64,000 nt of DNA from a virus. The DNA lies in IMG/VR virus record IMGVR_UViG_3300020473_000015; one strand, 5' to 3'. Every line of letters starts with the position of its first letter. Within the stretch, counting starts at the first letter, position 1. The position numbers and the translations under genes are program-made. Shown here in pieces: positions 10,561-19,400 of this stretch. The notes beneath the pieces were generated by a model. That model saw nothing but the letters and a program-made list of their open reading frames with translations, made no database searches and was not told the origin of the DNA.

Positions 10561-11322
10561 ATGAAAAAATATATTCGCCCTTTGGATATGAAAAACTTAA
10601 AAGAAAACGATTTGATTCAAAAAGTCAAAAGCGCTTGGGGAGATTGTTATACAATCTATTATATTTTTAACGTTTCTAAAGAAATAGATTGGGTTTTGAT
10701 GTACGAAAATCTTGCTAGCACTCTTGGAGAGATAAGAACTTGCCACCCAGTAAACAACAAGGAAACAAAGTTTTCAAAATCAAGAGATATAAAATATGAA
10801 GCGGGGGTAAATCATTATTTTGCTTCTAACATTAGACAACCTTTGCATAATGATTATGCATATTATGAAAGTAGCCAAGCCCCAGATTGGTTAATGTTGT
10901 ATTGTCTTGAGAAACCAGACTTTGGCGGCAAGACACACATTCTGTCTCTCAAAACTTTAGTTAAAATTTTGAATAGTTATAACCCTGAGTTGCTAGAAAA
11001 AATAAAGATTGATGTCACTTGGAAATACAACGGACAAGATGGAGATAAGATTCATAAAAAGCCCATCTACAATGGTCAGTTCATAAATTGGAATTACTGG
11101 CAAATAAATCACAATCTAAATGATAAAGCTGTTGTGGAAGTTAAAGAAGAGTTCTTTAGTTTTCTTGAAAATGTTATAGTTGGAGGTTCAATGTATGATC
11201 ACTCAGTAGATTGGGCTGAAGGTGATTGTATTATTTTTAATGATAAGGTGAATTTACACTGCAGAGACGCATTTTTGGGCAACAGATGGTTAAAAGATCA
11301 TGCCTTTTTTGGCCAAACATAA
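10561..11322 (+). CDS. TauD/TfdA-family Fe(II)/2OG dioxygenase
   Basis: PLHND (HxD), LYCLEKPDFGGKT, WAEGDCIIFNDKVNLHCRDAF (distal His, Arg). Confidence 0.85.
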   Translation: MKKYIRPLDMKNLKENDLIQKVKSAWGDCYTIYYIFNVSKEIDWVLMYENLASTLGEIRTCHPVNNKETKFSKSRDIKYEAGVNHYFASNIRQPLHNDYAYYESSQAPDWLMLYCLEKPDFGGKTHILSLKTLVKILNSYNPELLEKIKIDVTWKYNGQDGDKIHKKPIYNGQFINWNYWQINHNLNDKAVVEVKEEFFSFLENVIVGGSMYDHSVDWAEGDCIIFNDKVNLHCRDAFLGNRWLKDHAFFGQT

Positions 11323-11343
11323 ATGAATAAGGAATTTTAAATT

Positions 11344-12054
11344 ATGAAAATAGATAAAAATGGACTCAAACGGACATTTGAAATTAGTGTAAATACCTCT
11401 AAAGCGATGTTGGGAAGTGATGATCCTAATTTTAAAAGAATACATCATAATAACCATCATGTTCTTTTGTATATAAAAGATTATATTATGAAAGATAAAT
11501 GCAAATCTTATTTTGAAATAGGGACACATTTTGGACATAGCTTATGTAGCCTTTTGCAAAGCAAGTACAAAAGTAAATTTGTTAGTTGTGACTTGTTCCT
11601 TAAGGGCTATTCAATTGCCAATGATTGTAAAGTGGAAAATGTTGAATCACTAGCTATAAACAATTCAAAACAATTTAATAAAAACGACTATGAATGCATT
11701 ATTTTAAAAGGTAATTCTCACTCACCAGAAATGTTAAATAGAGTCTCTGCAGAGTTTCCCAATGGTATAGATCTGTTATTTATAGATGGAGACCATAGAA
11801 AAAAACCAGTTATAGCAGATTTTGAAATGTATTTTCCTCTTGTCAACTCAGGAGGATATGTTGTTTTTGATGATTATTTGCCATTCGAATGGAATGGTAG
11901 AAAAAGAGAATGCCCTATCGCAATAGATTATCTTGTAGAAAAAAATAAAGATAAACTAGAAATTATTGGATTGATAGATGATATTGTTGGGTGTAATAAA
12001 TTGAAGGGGCTTTCCGAGACAAAAAATTGTGACTTTATTGTGAGAAAAAAATGA
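11344..12054 (+). CDS. Class I SAM-dependent methyltransferase (Methyltransf_24-like)
   Basis: FEIGTHFGHS motif I, DLLFIDGDH, GGYVVFDDY. Confidence 0.88.
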   Translation: MKIDKNGLKRTFEISVNTSKAMLGSDDPNFKRIHHNNHHVLLYIKDYIMKDKCKSYFEIGTHFGHSLCSLLQSKYKSKFVSCDLFLKGYSIANDCKVENVESLAINNSKQFNKNDYECIILKGNSHSPEMLNRVSAEFPNGIDLLFIDGDHRKKPVIADFEMYFPLVNSGGYVVFDDYLPFEWNGRKRECPIAIDYLVEKNKDKLEIIGLIDDIVGCNKLKGLSETKNCDFIVRKK

Positions 12055-12923
12055 TAAATATTATAATTCCATGTACACCGAACTATGAAAACAAGAGAAT
12101 AATAAACACTGTATCAAAAAAAATTGATATAGTGTCCCAATTTATAATCCTTTGTAATTCAATTAAAAAAAATTGGAACTTTGATTATAAAATAAATTTA
12201 TTTTACAATAAAAAATATTCTTTTAGTGATAATGATTTAAGTAGAATTACTAAATTGGATATTGATGTTTATCCTATCACTCCAGATTATAAAAAAACCC
12301 CCTATATGGTTAGGTGTAACGCCTTGTGCGAAAATCTTAAAAATAAAGGTACTCATAGATTACTCTTAGATTGTGATACTATAGCCTTAAGTAATCCAAG
12401 ATTCAATTTAAATTGCGACTGGCAAGCCATGTTTGCTGGTTCTGTAATCGACAGCGCTTTTTATAATCGCATAAATACAAGATATAACTATAATTTAGAT
12501 TTAAAAAATAAAATAAAAGGCAAGTTATTTCAAAAATATATTGAGGATGTTGAGAACAAAAAAAAATATAAATATAAAAACTTTTTTCCACATTTCAACG
12601 CAGGTGCTATTTTATTGAAAGAAGAGTTGTGTGCACACTTCAAAGAGCTTGTAGTCCCATCTTATGAGATATCTAACGACCTCGCCCTTCCAGAAAACAT
12701 TAGACACATAGGCGTTCAGTATGCCGCTTCTTTCGCTTTGATGAAGATTTCTAACAATTGGGAGCCTTTTGAGCCCGGATTTAATTATTTAGTAAAATCT
12801 TACGATGCTGATGAATTTGGAAAAGATAAAATTCAACTTTTACACTATTGTGGCACTGGGGGTTATAAAGTGGCTTATAAATACTTTAAAGAACAAATTG
12901 ATTGTTTGACTAAAATTTTATAA
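12051..12923 (+). CDS. Putative GT-A glycosyltransferase (GT8-like)
   Basis: LLLDCDT (DxD), PHFNAGAILL, Q-x-A, LLHYCG. Confidence 0.65.
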   Translation: MINIIIPCTPNYENKRIINTVSKKIDIVSQFIILCNSIKKNWNFDYKINLFYNKKYSFSDNDLSRITKLDIDVYPITPDYKKTPYMVRCNALCENLKNKGTHRLLLDCDTIALSNPRFNLNCDWQAMFAGSVIDSAFYNRINTRYNYNLDLKNKIKGKLFQKYIEDVENKKKYKYKNFFPHFNAGAILLKEELCAHFKELVVPSYEISNDLALPENIRHIGVQYAASFALMKISNNWEPFEPGFNYLVKSYDADEFGKDKIQLLHYCGTGGYKVAYKYFKEQIDCLTKIL

Positions 12924-12949
12924 TTATTTTTATAAAAAGGGGAATTGAT

Positions 12950-13591
12950 ATGGGTGAATATAACAACATTATAAGAAAAGCCAAAGTTGGTGGTTACTAT
13001 ACAAGAACCACATTGGTTTACGATGTTCATTTGGGGTGGTTAATGAGTTATGTCGCAAATCGTGGAAAAATCAAGATGATAGAGTGTGGCGTAGCAAGGG
13101 GTGGATGTTTAGCATTGTGTCATTACGCTAATCCAGAAATGGAAATTTTTGGTCTTGATTCATGGGAGCCGATGCCCAATATAACAGACAGGGATGATGC
13201 TAAAAAATGCCAGCCATGGGTGGGCACCAAGACTAGTGGAAAAATAGAAGATGTGCAAAAATCATATGATTTATTGGGCGCTTCATCTAAAAATTTAACT
13301 TTAATAAAAGGCTGGATAAAAGATACAATACCAAAAAATTTAGATCTTTTTGAGAATCTAGATATTCTCAGAATAGATACTGATTTTTACGAATCAATTA
13401 TTTTTACTTTACAAGCACTTTATCCAAAAGTTAAGTCTGGGGGTTTAATCATACTTGATGATTGGCATTTTAATCCAAAAGGCGTCCAAGGGGCAGTTAA
13501 TGATTTTTTTCAATCAAACAACATAAACCCTGCAATCAACAAACACCACACTGATAAAAAAGTCGGTCCAGCTTGGTTTTATAAAGGATAA
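12950..13591 (+). CDS. TylF/MycF/NovP-family sugar O-methyltransferase
   Basis: IECGVARGG, GLDSWE, LIKGWIKDT, LRIDTDFYES, GGLIILDDW. Confidence 0.9.
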   Translation: MGEYNNIIRKAKVGGYYTRTTLVYDVHLGWLMSYVANRGKIKMIECGVARGGCLALCHYANPEMEIFGLDSWEPMPNITDRDDAKKCQPWVGTKTSGKIEDVQKSYDLLGASSKNLTLIKGWIKDTIPKNLDLFENLDILRIDTDFYESIIFTLQALYPKVKSGGLIILDDWHFNPKGVQGAVNDFFQSNNINPAINKHHTDKKVGPAWFYKG

Positions 13592-13597
13592 AGATAT

Positions 13598-13897
13598 ATG
13601 ATTATTTATGTTGATATTGATGAAACCATTTGTAAATCACCTCCGACCATGGATTATTCCTTGGCAGTGCCAATTCCCTCTAGAATAGAAAAGATTAACA
13701 AACTCTATGACGAAGGAAATACAATAGTTTATTGGACAGCAAGAGGTACCGGATCTGGAATCGACTGGAGAGAAATAACTGAAAAACAATTTCAAGCATG
13801 GGGAGTTAAATACCACGAGCTTATCCTTAAGAAGCCTATTTATGACCTGTTTATAGATGATAAAAACATTAACTCTGAGAGGTTTTTTGATGAATAA
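13598..13897 (+). CDS. Small HAD-superfamily phosphatase (capsule-biosynthesis phosphatase-like)
   Basis: YVDIDETIC (DxD motif I), YWTARG, KKP, DLFIDDK. Confidence 0.8.
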   Translation: MIIYVDIDETICKSPPTMDYSLAVPIPSRIEKINKLYDEGNTIVYWTARGTGSGIDWREITEKQFQAWGVKYHELILKKPIYDLFIDDKNINSERFFDE

Positions 13898-14588
13898 TAT
13901 TACAGAATTTAAAAACAAACACAAAGGACAAGATATTTGGGTTATAGCTGCTGGGCCAACCATGAACTATATTGAGCCATCATTCTTTGAGAATAAAATA
14001 ACAGTAGGTCTCAACAGGGTTAGTATTAAGTTTGATTGTGATTATCTAGTTGCAAAAGACGGTAGAGGATTTGATCTCGTTAAAGAAATAATTTCTAATA
14101 AAACAAAATTAATATTTTCTAAACACGAGAGTGGCAACCCTCACCAAAATCTTAATAAGTACGATGGCGAATGCTGGTTTTTTGACCATCCAGCAAAACC
14201 AGAAGAAAAGCCTGATCTATCCTGTATAAAAGAGGGTGGAGATAGAATAGTTGTAAGTTATTCTACAATAACTAGCGCAGTGCACTTAGCGGCTTATATG
14301 GGGGCATCAAATATTATTTTATGTGGGCACGATTGTGGAACTATTGATGGAAACTCAACCATTGATGGATATTATGACAAAATTAAACCTCATCACGGAA
14401 CAGATGCGGCGTATGTTTCTTGGCTGTCTCAAATAGAAAATCACACAACTATCGTCTCTCTAGCTTTAAAACAATTTTATGGTTGTAATATTCATTCTTT
14501 AAATCCTTTCATAAATTTTAATCTTGAAGGTCACAAATATATTCCAAGTAATACATCGCACATTTTACAAAGAAACTTAACTAAATAA
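13890..14588 (+). CDS. DUF115 / Maf-like (MptE-like fold) protein
   Basis: KNKHKGQDIWVIAAGPTM, TVGLNR, STITSAVHLAAYMGASNIILCGHDC. Start reassigned to ATG 13890. Confidence 0.75.
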   Translation: MNNITEFKNKHKGQDIWVIAAGPTMNYIEPSFFENKITVGLNRVSIKFDCDYLVAKDGRGFDLVKEIISNKTKLIFSKHESGNPHQNLNKYDGECWFFDHPAKPEEKPDLSCIKEGGDRIVVSYSTITSAVHLAAYMGASNIILCGHDCGTIDGNSTIDGYYDKIKPHHGTDAAYVSWLSQIENHTTIVSLALKQFYGCNIHSLNPFINFNLEGHKYIPSNTSHILQRNLTK

Positions 14589-14605
14589 TTTTAATTATTT
14601 GCATG

Positions 14606-14635
14606 AAGATGTTATAATCTAAGATGTTATAATCT
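14606..14635 (+). repeat. Perfect 15-bp tandem duplication AAGATGTTATAATCT x2, each copy an extended -10 (TGnTATAAT)
   Basis: Read directly at 14606-14620 and 14621-14635. AAGGAG SD and ATG 14672 follow downstream. Confidence 0.9.
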
Positions 14636-14671
14636 AAAAAATCTATAAAACATATTTTAAGGAGAATAAAT

Positions 14672-14947
14672 ATGACTGAGCTACAACACACAAATTTATC
14701 AAAACAAGCTGTTGGTGCCGTAATGATGGCACTACAAAAGAGCTTGATGGAACAATCTGATATTGTCCCAGTTTTAGAGAGCTTTAAAATGACAAGCTCG
14801 CCCGAAGGATTAGTGGTATTAAACCCACCAATTGTTAAATTTAATGACGAGTTTGAAGAAAATTTACAACAAAGTCTTGAATTTGATGTAGTTGGTGAAC
14901 AACCTTCAGAGACACGCGTTGATCCATTCCAGACAAGAAAAGATTAA
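14672..14947 (+). CDS. Hypothetical protein
   Basis: 91-aa ORF with strong AAGGAG SD; no motif recognised. Confidence 0.8.
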   Translation: MTELQHTNLSKQAVGAVMMALQKSLMEQSDIVPVLESFKMTSSPEGLVVLNPPIVKFNDEFEENLQQSLEFDVVGEQPSETRVDPFQTRKD

Positions 14948-14949
14948 AC

Positions 14950-15201
14950 ATGCCCATATATCTATATGCATGTGACGATTGTTATGGCGAATGGAAAGAA
15001 AGCCATAGCATGACCGAAGAAGTAGAAGAATGCCAATGGTGTGAGTCTAAAAACATTTATAGAAAGCCTAGTTTGTTTTGCAATCTTTCAAAACAGAAAG
15101 AAAATAGAAAACAAAAAGTTGGCTCACACGTTAAAGAATTTATCAAAGATTCTAAAGACGCACTTAAAGAACATAAGAAGGAACTAGAAGAAGCAAGATG
15201 A
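14950..15201 (+). CDS. FmdB-family zinc-ribbon protein
   Basis: MPIYLYACDDC...CQWCES pattern. Confidence 0.85.
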   Translation: MPIYLYACDDCYGEWKESHSMTEEVEECQWCESKNIYRKPSLFCNLSKQKENRKQKVGSHVKEFIKDSKDALKEHKKELEEAR

Positions 15202-15494
15202 TTGAAATATTGTTAGCAGTATCTATTGTTATAATCATAATGTTAGTTTGGTATATAGTACAATTGCTTAGGCGATTTCTTAATATATCAGAAGAACTAG
15301 AGGGGTTATTTGTTAGCTTAGAAGAATACTCACAGCATGTTGACATTGTTTACAATCTAGAAAGATTTTATGGAGATACAACCTTAGAAAATCTCCTAAG
15401 ACATTCGCAAAACCTCTCCGAAAGAGCAAAGAATTTTAGGGCCACTTATGATGTTAATTATACAGAAGAGGAATACGACGAGGAAAATGAATAG
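15198..15494 (+). CDS. Small membrane-anchored protein
   Basis: N-terminal hydrophobic helix (ILLAVSIVIIIMLVWYIV), coiled-coil-like segment and acidic tail; ATGA-coupled. Confidence 0.75.
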   Translation: MIEILLAVSIVIIIMLVWYIVQLLRRFLNISEELEGLFVSLEEYSQHVDIVYNLERFYGDTTLENLLRHSQNLSERAKNFRATYDVNYTEEEYDEENE

Positions 15495-15497
15495 TTT

Positions 15498-16187
15498 ATG
15501 GCCCGAAAAAGAAAAAATCAATACTTTACCAAAGTACACGAACAAGCAATATTAGATTATTGTCTAACCAACGATCCAAAAACAAGAAATGAATTATATA
15601 ACACTCTCATTGGACCAGCCTTTAACGAGATGGTTGATAAGATAGTTTATACGTATAAATTTACCAATCTGCCTAATATAGATTACTTAAAAGAAGATTG
15701 CAAAAATTGGCTTGTAACCATATTAGATAAATATGATGCGAACAGAGGATCAAAAGCATTTTCTTATTTTAGTGTTATAACTAAGAATTGGTTTATTCAT
15801 AAGGTCAAAAAAACATCACAGCAATATAGGCGCGAAGTATTAATTGAAAAATATTGTATTTCTAACGACGAAGATATTAATAACAATCACCCTCTAGTCA
15901 TCTATAACACATCGATGCAAGATGCAATTAAAAAAGAATTTTGGGGATTTTTCAAAGAACATGTTGATGTGTGGGAAACACAAGCCACTAGACCAAATGA
16001 TAAGAAAGTTATACAGGCTGTTAAGATCCTTTTTGAAGAGTCCGAAAATATAGAAATTTTTAATAAGAAGGCTATTTACCTATATATAAGGGAAATTACT
16101 GGCTTGAATACAAAGCAAGTTGTAAGTTCTTTAAACAAGATAAGAGTTAAATATAGGGATTTTAAAAAGAAATGGGACGACGAATAG
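15498..16187 (+). CDS. Phage sigma-like transcription factor (sigma70 region 2 / T4 gp55-like)
   Basis: LDKYDANRGSKAFSYFSVITKNWFI resembles sigma region 2.3-2.4; C-terminal HTH-like IREITGLNTKQV. Confidence 0.65.
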   Translation: MARKRKNQYFTKVHEQAILDYCLTNDPKTRNELYNTLIGPAFNEMVDKIVYTYKFTNLPNIDYLKEDCKNWLVTILDKYDANRGSKAFSYFSVITKNWFIHKVKKTSQQYRREVLIEKYCISNDEDINNNHPLVIYNTSMQDAIKKEFWGFFKEHVDVWETQATRPNDKKVIQAVKILFEESENIEIFNKKAIYLYIREITGLNTKQVVSSLNKIRVKYRDFKKKWDDE

Positions 16188-16477
16188 AAGATGTTAATGA
16201 TTATATTGAAGAATCAATAAAAAATATTAGAGATGATCGATCTGTAACAAGCACCCTCTTAACTGATCTCTTACTAGAGATGAAAAAGACTTCAGATCTT
16301 GAAAACCACAGACAATTAGGCCTTATCGCCTCCAAATACGTTGAAACACTTCAGCGCTCTAATGAGCAGTTAGTTAAAATTACTGCAATATTAAACAAGA
16401 GACAAGATAATTCGGTAGAGTTAAATGATGAAGACAAAGAAGAACTCTTCAACTTAATACAAGGTGGAGAAAAATAA
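16172..16477 (+). CDS. Hypothetical helical protein
   Basis: 101-aa ORF overlapping the sigma-like gene; function not recognised. Confidence 0.7.
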   Translation: MGRRIEDVNDYIEESIKNIRDDRSVTSTLLTDLLLEMKKTSDLENHRQLGLIASKYVETLQRSNEQLVKITAILNKRQDNSVELNDEDKEELFNLIQGGEK

Positions 16478-16480
16478 CGA

Positions 16481-19400
16481 ATGGGATATGATGTTCTAAA
16501 CCTTCCACCAGGATATCTTAATGAATTTGATGTGGATGATGTGGATCAAGAGAGCATTGATTTTCAATCAGAGTCTCCCCAGTCTATACTTCAGCGTATA
16601 AAAGATAAAGTTTTTAGCACTAATAAATTTAAAAATTCCCATTCATTGATAGGAATATTGTTGAGGGCAGATAATAAATATTCAGGTCCAGATTGTACGG
16701 CACAAGATCTTGCAATACAAGGTACACTCAAACCGGGTAAAAAAAAATATAGACTAGACACTTATAAAATTAGGGTACCTGAACTACACTTTATGCTAGC
16801 AGTGCCGAGAAATCTTAAAAAACCAGACAAAAATGATAAACTTATTATTGATTCTTACCCAACGATACAAGCAATTGATACTAGAGTGCAGAAATTTGGA
16901 GTAAGCCCTGGCGACTTAGTGAGAGTTGTATTTGGAAATGCTGGTTCTATGACAAGAATATATTATGCAGGACCATTAGATCCCGGTAATGTTGGAATTA
17001 CAGCTAGGCAATATAAAGATTGTGTTGACCCTTGTATAAAAAAATATCGTGGTGGTGGCTCAACTGGTGATTGTATTGGAAAAAATATAAATTTAGCTGC
17101 TCTTGATAAAGCTACGCCGCTAGCTACAGGCCAAGGCCATACCAAAGACGAAATCATTAACGAAAGCGGATCTTCTTGGCTTGAAGAAATTTTGAAGGAT
17201 AATGCAAACGCTTTCCCTGGTTTAAAATATATTTCTAAATTTTCAGGAAATGGACACGATGACAATGTTGAGATGAAAGATGGTGTGGGGAGAAATACAT
17301 TTATTTTTATGCCTAAAGGTGTCGATCCCAAACAAAATTTAGAAATAATATACTTTTTTCATGATAATAATAAATTTTCACCAAATTCAGACACCGAGTG
17401 GAAAAAGATGGGCACCACGTTCACAAAGATGGTGAAAAAGGATAAAAAATTCAATGGTGGAAGGCGAAACATTATTTTTGTTGTCCCTGAGATGCTGTGG
17501 TCTGCTGAAAAAATGTCCAAACCGGGAATTGGTTATAAAAGAATTCAAAGTCAGTCCTCCGCATATAGGGGCGAAAAATTGGCAAGATATAAAGATCGCC
17601 ATTGTCATGCATGGGGCCTTAAACAGCCCGTCTGGGCCGATAACCACAAACTCTTTGTAGGGGGATACGAAGGTAAAGAACCAAAAGGTAAAGGAGACTT
17701 TAAACAGTTCGTCACTGAGGTTAATAAAGTACTAAAAGAAAAATTCAATGTTGATCAAGCTAAAGTACAAAAAATTACTTTAGCTGCTGAACGTTATGGA
17801 GGCGCCGCAATATCAAATCTCGCCCGAAACGGTCTATTAGGTAGTAGTGGCCCACTTGGAGACAAATTAGGAAAAATACAATTATTTCATGCTGATTATA
17901 GCGGCCATGAAAATAATCATTATCATGATAACGATTTATTAGATATTGTTAGCAATGTTAATACAAAAAACGTAGAAATTGAGGTACATCTATCATCTGA
18001 CGGAACTAATCTTGCATCTGAACTACCAAGAAAAGCTTTTGCTGCATTTTTAGGCAAAATATCTTCTCTAACTCAAGAATGGATATCAGACAATAGTGAA
18101 AATTTATCTGATACATCTAAAGCGGTAATAGATTTGCTTGATGAATATAAAGGCCAATTAAATTTCATAGGTAAACCAACAACACAAAATGTTCAAAGTC
18201 TCAAAGAACAATATAACGCTGGCCGTGAATTTATTAAGTCTAATAAAAATCGCACATTAAGACTTTCAGGCCCATGGGCATTTGTTATTTTTAGGGGAGT
18301 AGCTGCCAAACCTAGCATCGATTGGATATCCTGGTTGGAAGATACAAATGTTCCGACTGCAATTGCATCTAGCGAAATTACAAAAGAAAAGAAAAACGTT
18401 ATAGTTCTTGAAAACTCAAAATTTACCGATCAGGACAAAAAAGCTTTTTCAAAATTTAAGGGGAAAGTATTATTATATAACTCCAAGTGGGGCGCCGACG
18501 ATACAGCTCAATTAAAAGGAAAAACAGCTATTGTAGTACCACAAGGCGCCAATTTATCGGAACCGTATGAATTAATATTTTATTTTCACGGCATCACCAA
18601 AGGAAAGCCGTCTCCAACAAATTGGCGTTCACATGCAGACGGTTTTCACACCGCAATCCAAGCACAACTGAATAAAATGGTTACTGTTCAAAAAAGAAAT
18701 GTAGTGTATGTAACCACACAACATAATGCCCATACTGAGATGAAAGCAGAAAAAGCAACATTTGGAAAAGAAAACCAACATTCCCAAGACTTTAAAACCT
18801 TCCTTAAGGATGTAGTAGAAAAAATAAAAGGTAAAGATAATGTGAGTCCACAAGAAGGCTTAGGGGGCTCCGCAAACCCTGAATTTATAACTCTTAAATC
18901 ATTTTCGGGAGGATATTACCCAGTTAGGGCAATTGTTAGCGCCATGACAAACAATAAAATTGCTGGCCACACACTTCAAAGAATAGACTATTTTGATTCG
19001 TTATATGGTCCTAAAGCATATAAGGATGTTTTTGAGAAAATATTCGTTGATCAAAAAAGCTCTTTCAACCCAGGCGTCGATTTTGAAATGCAAGTATATG
19101 CTCACGATACTAGCACAACCGCTGATCCGAACGCAGGAAAGGGAACATGGCAATATGTAAAGCAATTTTATAAGAAAGATGGCTGCGGTAAATTTAATGG
19201 TTGTGCTGAGATAAAGGATGGAGAGGTAGAGGCTAAACTATCAAAACTTGATGGCTTATATTTGGAACAACAAAAAAGTAATCACAAGTACGGAATAGTC
19301 AACAAGTTTGCAGCAAAGTCACTCTTAGACGCATCAAAAACACCCAAATTTAACCCAATTAAACCCAAAAGTGCTGCAGAAACGATAAAAGCAGCTGATA

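Noticed and set aside
12558-12566. Poly-A tracts (A9 here, A8 at 6593) as phase-variation switches in glycan genes
   Set aside because: Expected from Lys codon runs in an AT-rich genome; reading frames are intact.
15492-15500. In-frame TAG-TTT-ATG between the TM protein and the sigma-like gene (possible readthrough giving a membrane-tethered sigma, or TAG recoding)
   Set aside because: In-frame adjacency has a 1-in-3 chance, a GAGG SD precedes ATG 15498, and multi-kb ORFs are intact under the standard code with TAG used as a normal stop elsewhere (3562, 29008, 32810).
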